Positions 26,115-38,615 of a stretch of 64,000 nt of DNA are shown here, piece by piece (the stretch's first letter is position 1; the number at the start of each line of letters is the position of its first letter). Source of the DNA: Octopus vulgaris (Eukaryota); contig OX597830.1 in assembly GCA_951406725.2 (NCBI GenBank), positions 35,030,001-35,094,000 on the forward strand, in the 5' to 3' direction. The position numbers and the translations under genes are program-made. Under the pieces are notes generated by a model. The model searched no databases. It saw only the letters and a list, made by a program, of their open reading frames with translations, and had not been told where the DNA came from.

Positions 26115-26651
26115 GAGTGAGAGAGCAGTTCATGCCATCAAAGTGACACTGGGGTAAAATATACGAAGCCCAATATACCCATCATGACTACCCGTCTGAT
26201 AAGGGTACACCAGGCACATGCATCACAACCATATGTGCGCGACATGGTGATCTCATATCAAGATAAACAGCACATGACCTTGCAGGTGGGGCCCAGTTAG
26301 AATTTTCTTCAGGTTGAGTTGCCCATCCCGCTCAAAAGGTCCCCGAATAAGGGTTGTTTAAGGATGTTGAAAGAACCACCCATGTTTCCAGAGGTGAATT
26401 ATTCAAACCCCAAAGAATCCCTCTCAACACATGGCTATGATGCTCCCCCACTACTTCTGCTCGTGATCAGAGATGCACATATCGTCAGCCACTAAGGGAC
26501 ATGCTCAACTGGTTAAAGTCAAACAACTGATAAGCAAATCTGCGGTATTGAGCAGAATATTTGCTGTAGCCCATCTGTTATACCAAGACAAAACATTGTA
26601 CATGATAACACTTCCAATCAGTTAAGATCAGAAGCCATGAGAGCCACTGCC
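26115..26651 (-). mobile_element. Family D non-coding interspersed element inserted in (TAA)n
   Basis: (TAT)n on both sides; homologous to 52802-53323; minus-strand 3' end gatggcatgaactgctctctcactc-(taa)n. Confidence 0.8.
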
Positions 26652-26689
<38 letters not shown>

Positions 26690-27554
26690 TTAATTATTAT
26701 TTTAATTATTGTTATTATTATTATTATCATTATTATTATTATCATTATTATTATTATTATTATCATTATTATCATAGTAGTAGCATCATTGGTCACGGCC
26801 TTCTTCGTGTTGTTACTATTATTATTGAAATATTCGTTCGTAATTACTCCTATGCCGATGTTGTTTTAATGATCATACAGTCAACATTTCGTATTAAATA
26901 TATGAAAGAAATTGCAACAATTAAACTGTTCCTTCCCAGCTGAATAAAATTACCCACCCATTTTGAACCTTTTCCTATTAAATACATGTTTTAATTAATT
27001 TATTCTTAATTAGCATGCATTTAAACCATCAAAATCTCAAGCAATAGATTTCATTCACAAAAGCTTCAAATATGAAGCCGAAACACATCAAAAAGCAATC
27101 GTTATTTGAAAGACATTGTTGTAAATTGTCAAGTGCATTTTAAATGCTTTTCTTTTATTCTCATACATCGCGTTGACGTACAAGACATATACATGCACAC
27201 ATACAGATATATGCGCATAAATATGCGTGCTTGAACATGTGTATGCGCATGTGCATGGTTGTCTACGTACGAAACTTGAAGATCCTCTCACTCAAATATG
27301 TAATGTAGTAAAGCATTACGTGTTTTATTTACTACGAATTGGTTGTTACATAAATCATAAATTAGAAAATCTAACACTGACGTACGCACACAAATACACA
27401 CAAACACTCTCACTCGCACACACAGATATAGACACATTTACATACATGCATGCATCCATGTATACATACATACATACATACATACATACATACATACATA
27501 CATACATTCATACATACATACGTACATACGTACATACATACGTACATACATACA

Positions 27555-27810
27555 TATGGTGGCCTTCCGTCGGTTACGACGAAGAGGGTTCTAGTTGATC
27601 TGATCAACGGAACAGCCTGCTCGTGAAATTAGCGTGCACATCGCTGAGCACTCCACAGACACGTGTACCCTTAACGCAGTTCTCGGGGAGATTCAGTGCG
27701 ACACAGAGTGTGACAAGGCTGACCCAACAGAAACAAGAAGAAAGTTATGGTGAAAGAGTAAAGCAGGGTTCGCCATCACCCTCTGCCGGAGATTCGTGGA
27801 TGGAGTCAAA
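27555..27810 (-). mobile_element. SINE family C, partial
   Basis: ccgtcggttacgacgaagagggttctagttgatctgatcaacggaacagcctgctcgtgaaatt matches the 12407 copy. Confidence 0.8.
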
Positions 27811-28635
27811 ACGTTTGACTGCTTCTTCTAGCATGTAAAAATTACCTGTTAAGGGTAGTTTTCTCTTGTGTTTAAATGTACACTACTTTATATTGAGGAT
27901 ATGCTGTCTATTGACTTTTTATACATGCTAGGCTACTGGTGGTGGAATTTCTAAAGATATTTAGTATATATCGTGTATATACCAAACTAGATTTCTCTAA
28001 TATTTCTAATGACATTGTTACTTGTCATAGTTGCGAATAATTTCTAATAAGATGTAGTGTACCATCAATGAATTAGACAAATGAAAATATTCTCTTTAAC
28101 GTTCACCTGTATCAATTAGCGTAGGTGTCGTAGTTAGCTATTTACGGTTTCTTATCTGAAAACATCTCATAGCAGAGCCCTTTAGAGATATTTCCTCTTG
28201 CTCGGTGAGAGAGGTTATATTCAGTTTATGCCCAAATGCGCTCGGTTCATAAACCCTGTATATTTGTCATGCTTTATTTTCAGAACTTAGTCACCGTCTG
28301 CACTTCATAATATGCCTTCTGGAGTACTTGTCAATTTCTGTTATCTCATAATATGATATTAGTCGCAGAGACACACAAAAGGGTGCCACCCAGATATTTC
28401 TACAAAATTAATTATTTTACTGCTTTACGCTTTCTCCAATTTCTAATTGGGTGGAGTGTACGCGCACTAAAATAAAGAATAACTTACTTGATTAGTATAT
28501 TTAAAGTAATTCGCAATGATCATCAATATATATGTGTGCGTATTTATGTATGTATATTTACCTATACATATATATATATATACATATATATATGTGTGTG
28601 TGTGTATATATATATATATAGGTATGTATGTATGT

Positions 28636-28753
<118 letters not shown>

Positions 28754-30519
28754 GTATTATATATGTATGTATATATGTATGTACATTGGATTCGTGTATA
28801 TATTTCTCTATATATGAAAATATGTGTGTGTGCTTTGTGTATGTATATGACTGTATGGTATTGGGTATGCATTATCGTGTGTTCGTTTTCGGGTATCTAT
28901 AAGGAAAATATAAAGAAAGACGTTAGGCAATGTAAAAAAAGAAGGGAAAACTAGCGCGAAGAAGCAACAAGAATTATACTCAGAAAAATTGCCGAATATA
29001 ATATTAATATAACTATAATAAAAACATCAATGAGTAAACTAACAATTAAAAAAATACGAAAAAAATTAATAATATTCATTTAATTAAGATCTCTTTTTAA
29101 TGATGACGTCAAATAATTTACCTTAACTTCTTTCAGTAATTTTCTTTTGGCATATTATGCGTGTGTATATATATATATGTGTGTGTGTGAGAGAGAGTAT
29201 TTGTGTATATGTATATATGTCGATACGGTTCTATATATAGATGTGTATGCATGTAACTCCACGTTCATTAATTTAATTTATGATTTCAATTTTGATAATT
29301 ATTGTTGAAAAATGTTCCTATTGTGTGTGTATATATATGTGCTTGTGCGGGTGCAAATGTGTGTGTGTATGTGTGTGCCTGAAAACGAATTTTCTTCCAT
29401 AATTTTTTCCCCATCAATTTTGTTATAAAATTTGTTAAAATTTAGAATTAATAAAAAAGAGAAAATGAAAGAAATTTATGTAATTTCTCCCAGTAACTGA
29501 CTCATTTATTCATTCAGCCATATCATACTGTCATCTCATAATTCCTTAATGTTCGATGTATAATTATGAAAACGATGAATAGGCTTTGAATTCAAGGCTT
29601 AGTTCGAGCGTATGTGTGAGTTGGGAGGACATGTATTACAATTTTTCTATTAACAGTTAAGTGTAGCTCTCTTATGCGATGTCAAATCCGCCCTACTGTG
29701 TTTCGAACATATGACAAAGCTAGTCGTTGTATATGACAGTATCTGTGTCCAAAAATGAATGATGAGACGTTAGTTCTATCATCAGTTTGATTGTTGATAT
29801 ATTTTCTATTTAGACTCTTCAGATCTTTTCATAGTAAGGCATTTAATTAATTAATTCTTACTTCTTTTATTTCCATGCAACGAAGAAAATCTAGCGTATC
29901 GCGTTCTTGCTCATTCTCCGAGAGTTGAGAAAATTATTTTCTTAACGGACAAAAGAAGAAAAAAAAAACAAAAACGTGACTGAAACATCCAATTTTCAAT
30001 TCCTCACGCATGTTCAGCTATCGGTTACAAATTTTGTCACAAGCCCAGCAATAAGAGCAGGGCGCAAGTCGATTACATTCACACCAGGACACACCACAAA
30101 TATATAAATATGTATATGCTTATATAAATATCTATATGTTTATACATGTCTGTTCATCTGAATGATTTCAGTTTGTATTTTATTATCTATATACCCTCAT
30201 ATATATTTACATGTATATATCCACGTGTCTATATTTATATATCAAGTCCAAGCTTGTCTATCTGCATCACTATCTCTACATATGTATATATGTTCATGAG
30301 TATATGTATATATGTATATACTGGTAGAAATGGATACGCATCCATCTGTTGTACATCACCTAATGTTATATCGCCTCAAGAAATGAATCAATGATGATGA
30401 TCAACCGGATGACCACGGATACTGCAGACTACACTGTAATCATCCCAGGAATACAGAGCCATGTGACTTATGGAAACGTGCGTAGTGATGCATTAAATGT
30501 TTATAAATTCCACCCAAGG

Positions 30520-30725
<206 letters not shown>

Positions 30726-30759
30726 GTACACGTATGTCTATCTATAAATCTGTATATAT

Positions 30760-31698
30760 ACAGGTTGCGTAAGTTATCTCATGACATAACACTTTTGGGT
30801 CATTGCTGCATTTTTCGCCAACTATGTATAATCTTTGTTTCAGAAAATAATAATGGCAGACTCTCAGCTTACTTAAGAAACGAAAAGGCAAGCTGTTATT
30901 GTGGTTATGAAGGCTGAGAATAGCAATTTAGAAATATCTTGATTATTAGAAGTTGGCAGATCTTCCGTCTACAAAGTTTGTAAGGAGCCTGAGGATAGAA
31001 ACGTAAGACCAGTATGAAAACATAAAATGCATTCCAAATCTTCTGATATCAGAACACACGAATTTATCCAGCAAGTTCAACAGACCATTGATTACAATTC
31101 CAGAAAATCCATCGGGTGAATTGCAAAAGATCTCCATGTCAGAGGGAACAGTCAGAAATGTTTTTCACGAAGACATCAGATATAAGTCTCATATGATGAG
31201 GAAATGTCAATTTGTCCGAAAAAGCAAACGAAAATCACATCAGATCTAAAAGGCTCTTAACCAAACTGAAAAATCCAGAAGATTTGATTTAGTCTTTCTC
31301 GGACGAGAAAAACTTCAACCAAGATCAAAAAGGTAATTGAAGAGATGACAGATGGTTATGTTCAAACCTTTCTGAAGTTCCAAATGTTATGCATACAAAA
31401 TTTGCTGCAACTGTCATGATTTAGGGGTTATCAGCAATGAAGGACATTTGATGCCTCGTTACTTCTTTCCACAAGGCCTTAGAATTAACTCTGAGGTCCT
31501 GGAAACAATTGTTAAGCCCTGGATAAACAGTGTGTGCAATGGAAGGCTACATCTGTTTCAGTAAGACTGTGCACTATCAACGTGGCTCTAGTAATACAGA
31601 AATGGATGGCTGAAAATTTCCATGATCACATATCCCCTAACATTTGGCCTTCTAATTCCCCAGATGTCAATCCATTGGACTATTACAGGCTGAGGGGT

Positions 31699-31757
<59 letters not shown>

Positions 31758-31862
31758 AGTGAACACGTCCATAACAGCAAATATTTTTTGAAAGCTGTCA
31801 TAGTCAGAGTAATGTCCAAACTGAACCAGGACCACTTGATTTGAGCATGTAGATGATTTAGA
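30760..31862 (+). mobile_element. Decayed Tc1/mariner-superfamily transposon (maT/DD37D-like)
   Basis: Frameshifted pieces FSDEKNFNQDQK, VPNVMHTKFAATVM, LMPRYFFPQGLRINSE, LETIVKPWI, QKWMAENFHDHISPNIWPSNSPDVNPLDYY; starts ta|cagg; right TIR not found. Confidence 0.75.
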
Positions 31863-31865
31863 TCT

Positions 31866-32212
31866 TGGGCATCTTGGGCAAGTGTCTTCTGCTATAGCCC
31901 CGGGCTCACCAATGCCTTGTGAGTGGATTTGGTAGACGGAAACTGAAAGAAGCCTGTCGTATATATGTATATATATATGTATGTGTGTGTATGTGTTTGT
32001 GTGTCTGTGTTTGTCCCCCTAGCATTGCTTGACAACCGATGCTGGTGTGTTTACGTCCCCGTCACTTAGCTGTTCGGCAAAAGAGACCGATAGAATAAGT
32101 ACTGGGCTTACAAAGAATAAGTCCCGGGGTCGATTTGCTCGACTAAAGGCGGTGCTCCAGCATGGCCACAGTCAAATGACTGAAACAAGTAAAAAAGTAA
32201 AAGAGAAAAGAG
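31866..32212 (+). mobile_element. SINE family B, 5'-truncated
   Basis: ggcatcttgggcaagtgtcttctgctatagccccggg..gactaaaggcggtgctccagcatggccacagtcaaatgactgaaacaag. Confidence 0.85.
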
Positions 32213-32264
32213 TATATATATGTATGCATATGTGTATGCATGTACGTATGTATTTATGTATATA

Positions 32265-33108
32265 CTAGATTACCCGTAACCAGTTAGGTCACCGGGTCTG
32301 AGTTTCCCAGCAACGGAACTTTGGAGGATTTTTTCTTTTCTAGGTTATTTTGCATGCTTTCAACGAATGTGACATCGAAATTATGCGTAAACGGCCCATT
32401 TCCCTGGAAAAGGAAAGATTTGGCTGCCCTTTTCTCGCACGGCCTGCTGCCATGTAACTGGTATTTCGGGTCCTTTATCGCAGATAGGTGTTACGTGGTA
32501 GTAGGGTGTGCTAGAAATAGCAGCCAAATCTTTGGAGATGAAATACATTGAATGCATACGAAAAAATACCCGTGGAAAAAATATTTCACACCGAGGTTAC
32601 GAAAAGGTTTTTTTACGAAATATTTACCGTACTTTTAAATTCATTTTCTCTTTGAAAATAATCTTTAAAAACATTAAAATATTGTCTGTTTAAAGAACGC
32701 TAAAATATAAATACTTACTGAACTTACATTTTTGAAATCACATTTACTTTAAAATATTTCTAAATTATTAAAATATTACGTTTAACAAAGGTGAAAATAA
32801 AATAAATAAAAAACAAATCGTATTTTTTCGTTGTCAATTCATAGTGTCTAATTGAAACGTAAGAGTTACTTCCCTTTCAGGATTAAATTAATTTCGGAAT
32901 ATTTTCCCATTATGCACCCTTTTTATACCCTGCAAACACCTATATCTCAAAAAACACTTCTCCGATTTATACGAAACTTGTTTTATTTCGTTCATATTAA
33001 CATTTAAGGGAAAACCAAGTTCATAGTATTTTTCCATTATACGCGCCAATTTGGCTGGGTAACATTGCAAGCAAGCAAGATTCAAGCCGATTTTTAATGT
33101 ATTATAGA
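32265..33108 (-). mobile_element. Non-autonomous Helitron-like element (~845 bp)
   Basis: Minus strand: A|TCTATAATACATTAAAAATCGG ... ACCCGGTGACC-taact-GGTTACGGGT-aat-CTAG|T, i.e. 5' TC, subterminal GC-rich hairpin, 3' CTAG, inserted between A and T with no TSD. Confidence 0.6.
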
Positions 33109-33118
33109 TGTATGTGAG

Positions 33119-33150
<32 letters not shown>

Positions 33151-33328
33151 TGTATGTATGTATGTATGTATTAGGTATGTATGTATGTATGCGTGCATGC
33201 ATGGGTGAGTGAACAACCAAATGAAAGAGGCTCTCAGCACATTTAGTGGGAGTTGGCAACATTGGTTCACTAAGATAGACAAAGTAGGTTTCTGTAGAAA
33301 ATGTAAGTCATATGAGTTTGGGTGAGAT

Positions 33329-33403
<75 letters not shown>

Positions 33404-33408
33404 TTAAC

Positions 33409-33461
<53 letters not shown>

Positions 33462-33484
33462 CAACAACAACAACAATGATAATA

Positions 33485-34012
33485 CAAGACCTGCTACAGT
33501 CTGCTGCCAATGCAGAAGAAGTTAACAAAAATGTGCTCATGAATTCTGATCAAGAACAGCCTACGAGAGAGAAGAAACCCTACTCCGTATGGAATTATAT
33601 GATAAGTTCCACCGTGAAACCAACAAATTAAAAGACCAGGAAGCGACATGGAGGTGGATTTACAATGGTGACCTGAGAAAAGAATTCTGAGAGCCTAATC
33701 ATCGCTGCGCAGGACCAGGCATTGAATACCAACTGAGTGAAAAAGAATATATACCACACAAGTGCATCGGACCTCTGCATAATGTCTGGGAATAGAGTCA
33801 AATGCGTGAATCACGTCGTTAGTGCTTGTGAAAGTCACGCGCAAAAACTGTACAAGCGTAGACACGACAAGGTAGCCCAAAAACTCAACTGGCTACTATG
33901 CCGTAAGTATGGACATGAGGTTATGGGTGCTTGATACCTACATACAGCGCAAAAAAGTGATGGACGAAAAGGGGAATGCAAAAATCCTCTGGGACCTTGA
34001 CTCAGTCGAGGA
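33485..34012 (+). mobile_element. R4/Dong-like LINE relic (zinc knuckle to start of RLE)
   Basis: ESLIIAAQDQALNTN; CIMSGNRVKCVNHVVSACESHAQKLYKRRHDKVAQKLNWLLCRKYG; KILWD; preceded by (AAT)n. Confidence 0.8.
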
Positions 34013-34043
34013 CATCACACACACACATATATATATATATACA

Positions 34044-34143
<100 letters not shown>

Positions 34144-34847
34144 TACACCTAATTATAAATGAAAGAAGATTATTTTCAGTTATTTTCTTTAGGCATTGCA
34201 TTATACAGATTTGAAAATTACCTTGGCATGGATAGGCATACAATTATATTTACAAGGTGAAAGAATTTAAGACAATACTACACTGAGAATTAATATTAAT
34301 TTATTTAATTGGTTAGTTAGTAAACTGCAGTTTCCTTTCATCTTACTATTTTGTCAAAAGAATGTTAACGAATAGGAATGGATGAAGTGATTCTATATAA
34401 GCGTTTTTATTGGTGTGAAATTAGAGGAGAAAATGAAGCGATTGGTATAAGTAGCTTTTTCGTCTATAATATTGAAGCCCTTTTGGCTTGTATTTGAAAT
34501 CAGAAGGAAAGAAGACGGTATGAATGAAAGAGAATGATAAAATGAAGTGACAGGATGAGGTTCAAAGGCTAAATTAGCAATGGTTAGTTGCGCGAAAATA
34601 AATACGAAGGCAAGCGAAAGAAATGGTCGACTACATGAAGATCATTATATACAAGCTAATGGGAAATACATGAATCTTTTAGTTCAGAAACATATATTTG
34701 TAAAATAGGCTCAAGGTCAGAAGTTCAGGTATTTGATTTAAAGCTTTGAAAATACAGAGAAATATATATAGAAATAAATAAGAAAATATAAGGGAAAATG
34801 TTATGATACATTGAAATTGTGGCGTGGAAAGAAGAAGTCAATGAAAT

Positions 34848-35030
34848 ATTGGCTTCCAATTTTGGCACAAAGCCAGCAATTTTGGGAATGCGGCTAAGGC
34901 GATTACAGTGACACTATTGCTCAACTGGTAATTATTATATTATCGACCTTGGAAGGATGAAAGGCAAAGTCGACTTCGGCGGAATTTGAACTCAGAACGT
35001 AAGGATAAACAAAATGCTGTTAAACATTTT
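34848..35030 (-). mobile_element. SINE family A with tail 2
   Basis: ttttggcacaaagccagcaattttggg..aaggatgaaaggcaaagtcgacttcggcggaatttgaactcagaacgt. Confidence 0.75.
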
Positions 35031-36010
35031 GAAATATGTAAAATATTAATTAGTTAGAAAGAACATGGAAGTCAAAGGAAATACTAACAGGAAGATGATG
35101 CAGTTATTGCAAATCGACCAAAATAATAAAAAAAAAACGTGTTAATTATCTTGAGTTTTGAAAAAGCTATACAATTGATTGATTAAATCGTAAGATAATT
35201 AAAATAATTTTCAAAATTAAAAAGATGAGAATATCGAAAAAAAATTATTATTTAAGGAAAGCTATTTTTAAAAATCAAATTAAGAAAAATACCTTAAATA
35301 AATAAGGATTAAAAATTAGAATTTTTAAATTAAAAAATATATATATAAACAATAATTAACAAATTAGTTTTCAAAAATTATTGTGCATATGTCAGTATGT
35401 GAAGTGTAAAAAAACATGAAAAGTATTTAGTGGCTTATGAGAAAATTAAAGTAAAATAAAGAAAATGGACAAAGATGAAAGTTAATGAATAAGATAATGA
35501 ATAAGGAAAGTTAATAATTTAGGGAAAAGGAGAAAATTTACCCGGTGTATAAGTATATATTTCAAAGAGATGTAGGAAAAAACGTTAACAAGGGAAAGGT
35601 ATTAAGGAATTCGTTCAGAAGAGGTATATGTAATTGGAACAAATGTTCAAGAGTGTGAGAGGTTCATATTAAATAAGCACAGTTACCATAGAATTAATTA
35701 TTAGTGTTTGATAGGTATTTAAGAGGTAAAAAGTAATAGAAATCGGTATGTAAGCAGTTATAAGAAATAAGGTGATTGTGAATAGTTTCACAATCAAAGG
35801 AAACCACATGGAGGTGTAACTTATAATTAGGTAACAGTATCGTACAAAATCGAAAATTGACAAAATAACGTGTATCGAGAAATACCATTAGCGTAAAAGT
35901 GATCTGCTATAAATGAATGGGGCCTAGCTGAAAATAAGGGGCTACAAAGTAGGAAATTATGAACAGGCAGATCAACTATGAATATAAGTGGAAAGTTCAA
36001 TGCCGATCAA

Positions 36011-36648
36011 TTAAACAAAAGCAGTGTTCAAACAGTACTGAACTCCAAACGTTGTTGGTGTGTGTCTTGCTCGGTTTTAGACTAAACCGTACCATGTTAC
36101 GATAAAATGTTTCCACGTATACAGCTTTAGATGTAAGCCTTCAAGCATGTAAAAAGTGTCATGCGTAAGTTCAATGCAGATCAATAAAACAAAATAAAGT
36201 CTACGGCAAACTTGGGTAAATAGAGAATTCAAACTGCTTGTTTTTTTTTAAATTTAACTTAATTTTACTTAGATTCCACGTTTGTAGTAGAGAATTATTC
36301 CAAGATTTATATTTCCAGTATGAAATACTTTCGTTTGTTTTATTGGACACAAGCAATGGCAGCCGACCTTGCAGCAGGTAGAGCTACCGCATATATACAA
36401 GCATGTATGCGTGTGCGCATAGTCCTTTGTTTTCTTATCATTCAGCAATGGCGTGAATAAACGTTATCTTCTTTTTAGTCCTTAAAGGTACAGACTCCCT
36501 TGACACTTTTTACATGCTCGAAGGATTACATCTAAAGCTATATAAGTGGAAACATTTTATCGTAACATGGTACGGTTCAGTCTGAAACCAAGCAGCACAT
36601 ACACCAATATTTGGAGTTCAGTATTGTTTGAACACTGCTTTTGTTTAA
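36011..36648. mobile_element. MITE-like element with ~150-bp terminal inverted repeats flanked by TTAA
   Basis: ttaa|acaaaagcagtgttcaaacagtactgaactccaaa...aaaaagtgtca (36011-36161) is the reverse complement of tgacacttttt...tttggagttcagtattgtttgaacactgcttttgt|ttaa (36501-36648). Confidence 0.8.
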
Positions 36649-37544
36649 AAGATAGTTAAACTTTTCCAGATACCTATAATTGCAAACACTCTTTTTGCCG
36701 ATTTTAGACTTAGTCTTTGAACCGATGCTATGTCCAAATATGTAAATAATATTGTTAATCTTAAAATTCTAAATGTATCGAGAGCTGAAGCTTCAATTTC
36801 GCTACGAAGGATCTGAAATGTTAAGGTATGGTTATTGAAAAAATATGTAAACAGCAGACACAACAATAATAATGACTGCAGACCGAGGAAACTACTATTA
36901 TCATTGCATTAAACAGAGGTTCCGGGAGCTCTCTCCTCATCCTAGATCCAGAATCCAATTATCATGGAACATATTTCCGATCACATGCATTTGTACCACT
37001 CCAAAATCTTGGGGATCGATAAGGACTTTGAACAGTTTGTAAGTATATCAAAATCAAGAGGAGGAAGAAAAAAGAGAAAGACCTAAAACAACATTGTGTA
37101 TCACGAGGGAGTTTGAATAGAATGAGCGAGAGGAGAACTCTTTTCTGACACAAATTTTCGGCTTTACTGACATTGAAAGGGAAACAGCCTTAAAGAAAAA
37201 TATAGAATACTTGAAGTTAAGAATGGAGAACCGTATGCAAATTGAAGAAGCGGAAGTAATATCAATTTCTTAAAATTTATTGAAGTCTAACAAGAGAACG
37301 TGGTATATTGTTTGTACCGTCAAACAAAGAAATTGCTTACAGGCAACTATAATTCGTATATAAATGAGATGCGATTATTTGAACCTTGTCTATTTTAGAT
37401 TTTAATTGTATTTTCCTTCAATTAGTTTGTGAAATTAAAACAAAGTGTGTAATAGACCGAAATATTGTTTGTTGTCTTCAGACTTCATTTCATGTCAATG
37501 CATTTTTCCTGTCAATAAAATTTTTTCCCTGCATAAACCACATA

Positions 37545-37665
37545 CTTCAAATTCTGGTGAGATCGACTTTGCCTTTACATCTTTTCGGGTTCGACAAATT
37601 AAGTACTAGTTGCATACTAGGATCGATCCAAAAATTTCGGGCCTTGTGCCTTGAATGGAAAAGAA
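37545..37665 (+). mobile_element. SINE family A fragment (tail 2)
   Basis: ttcaaattctggtgagatcgactttgcctttacatcttttcgggttcgacaaattaagtact. Confidence 0.6.
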
Positions 37666-37758
37666 TATATATATATATTCATTAGGACATATGAATGAGC
37701 CCTGGCCAATAAAAGGAAATAATAATAATAATAATTATTATTATTATTGTTGTTGTTG

Positions 37759-37816
<58 letters not shown>

Positions 37817-37817
37817 T

Positions 37818-38363
37818 GGTATGAACATCATCCTGAGTCAGTCATTGTAGGTAAGAATGTCACTATCCTCTTGGATTTTCCAGGCTAATCGACCAGGCAT
37901 AGTCATTAAAGACAGTGAAGAAAATACTTGTAGACTAATAGACGTAAGTGTTCCCACTGATGAAAATATATCTGTAAAGGAATTTGACAAATCAAGAAAA
38001 TATAAGGACCTTGAAATTGAAATAGAAAAAATGTGGCATCTTAAAACGAGAAATGTTCGTGTTATTGTTGGTGTCCTAGGTATGATAAGAACGGGATGTC
38101 AGAAACATTTAGATAAGATCCCAGGAGAACCATGTCGCAAAGAAATCCAAAACATTGTGCTGATAAGTACTGCCCACATTCTTAGAAAATTCCTATCATT
38201 TGAAATGTCTGTGTTGTATTACTTGAAACTATTTCGCTACTGCCCCTGCCACGTTCCCTCTCCAAGCTTTCCGTCATACTTTAAAATTTCTTATCCATCA
38301 CCCGCCCTAGGACACTGGTTGTGTATCGGCAAGTGATTGTAACAAGCATGCAAATTAAAAGTA

Positions 38364-38365
<2 letters not shown>
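37818..38365 (+). mobile_element. 5'-truncated R4/Dong-like LINE (RLE domain plus 3' UTR) ending in (TAA)n
   Basis: WYEHHPESVIVGKNVTILLDF; ANRPGIVIKD..LIDVSVP.DENISVKEFDK..KYKDLEIEIEKMWHLK..VIVGVLG; closely related to but distinct from the intact element. Confidence 0.88.
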
Positions 38366-38446
<81 letters not shown>

Positions 38447-38450
<4 letters not shown>

Positions 38451-38615
38451 AACTGTTACAAAAAGGCTTCCTCCTTGGCACGACCAGAATAATCAGGTAA
38501 GTATTAGACATCTGAAAAAAAAGAATGGATAGCATGGTAAGGTAAGCTGCAGATAACAAGCCCGCTACGCATGCAAGACTCCAGAAGCTCCAACAAAATC
38601 TGTGATAAAGAGAAA
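38447..38615 (+). mobile_element. Very short 3' end of a second RLE LINE family within (TAA)n
   Basis: gaactgttacaaaaaggcttcctccttggcacgaccagaataatcagg (ELLQKGFLLGTTRIIR) matches the minus-strand ends at ~45150-45200 and 46398-46510. Confidence 0.65.

Noticed and set aside
34145-36000. NUMT hypothesis for the strand-skewed block
   Set aside because: No mitochondrial protein, rRNA or tRNA motifs recognised in either orientation
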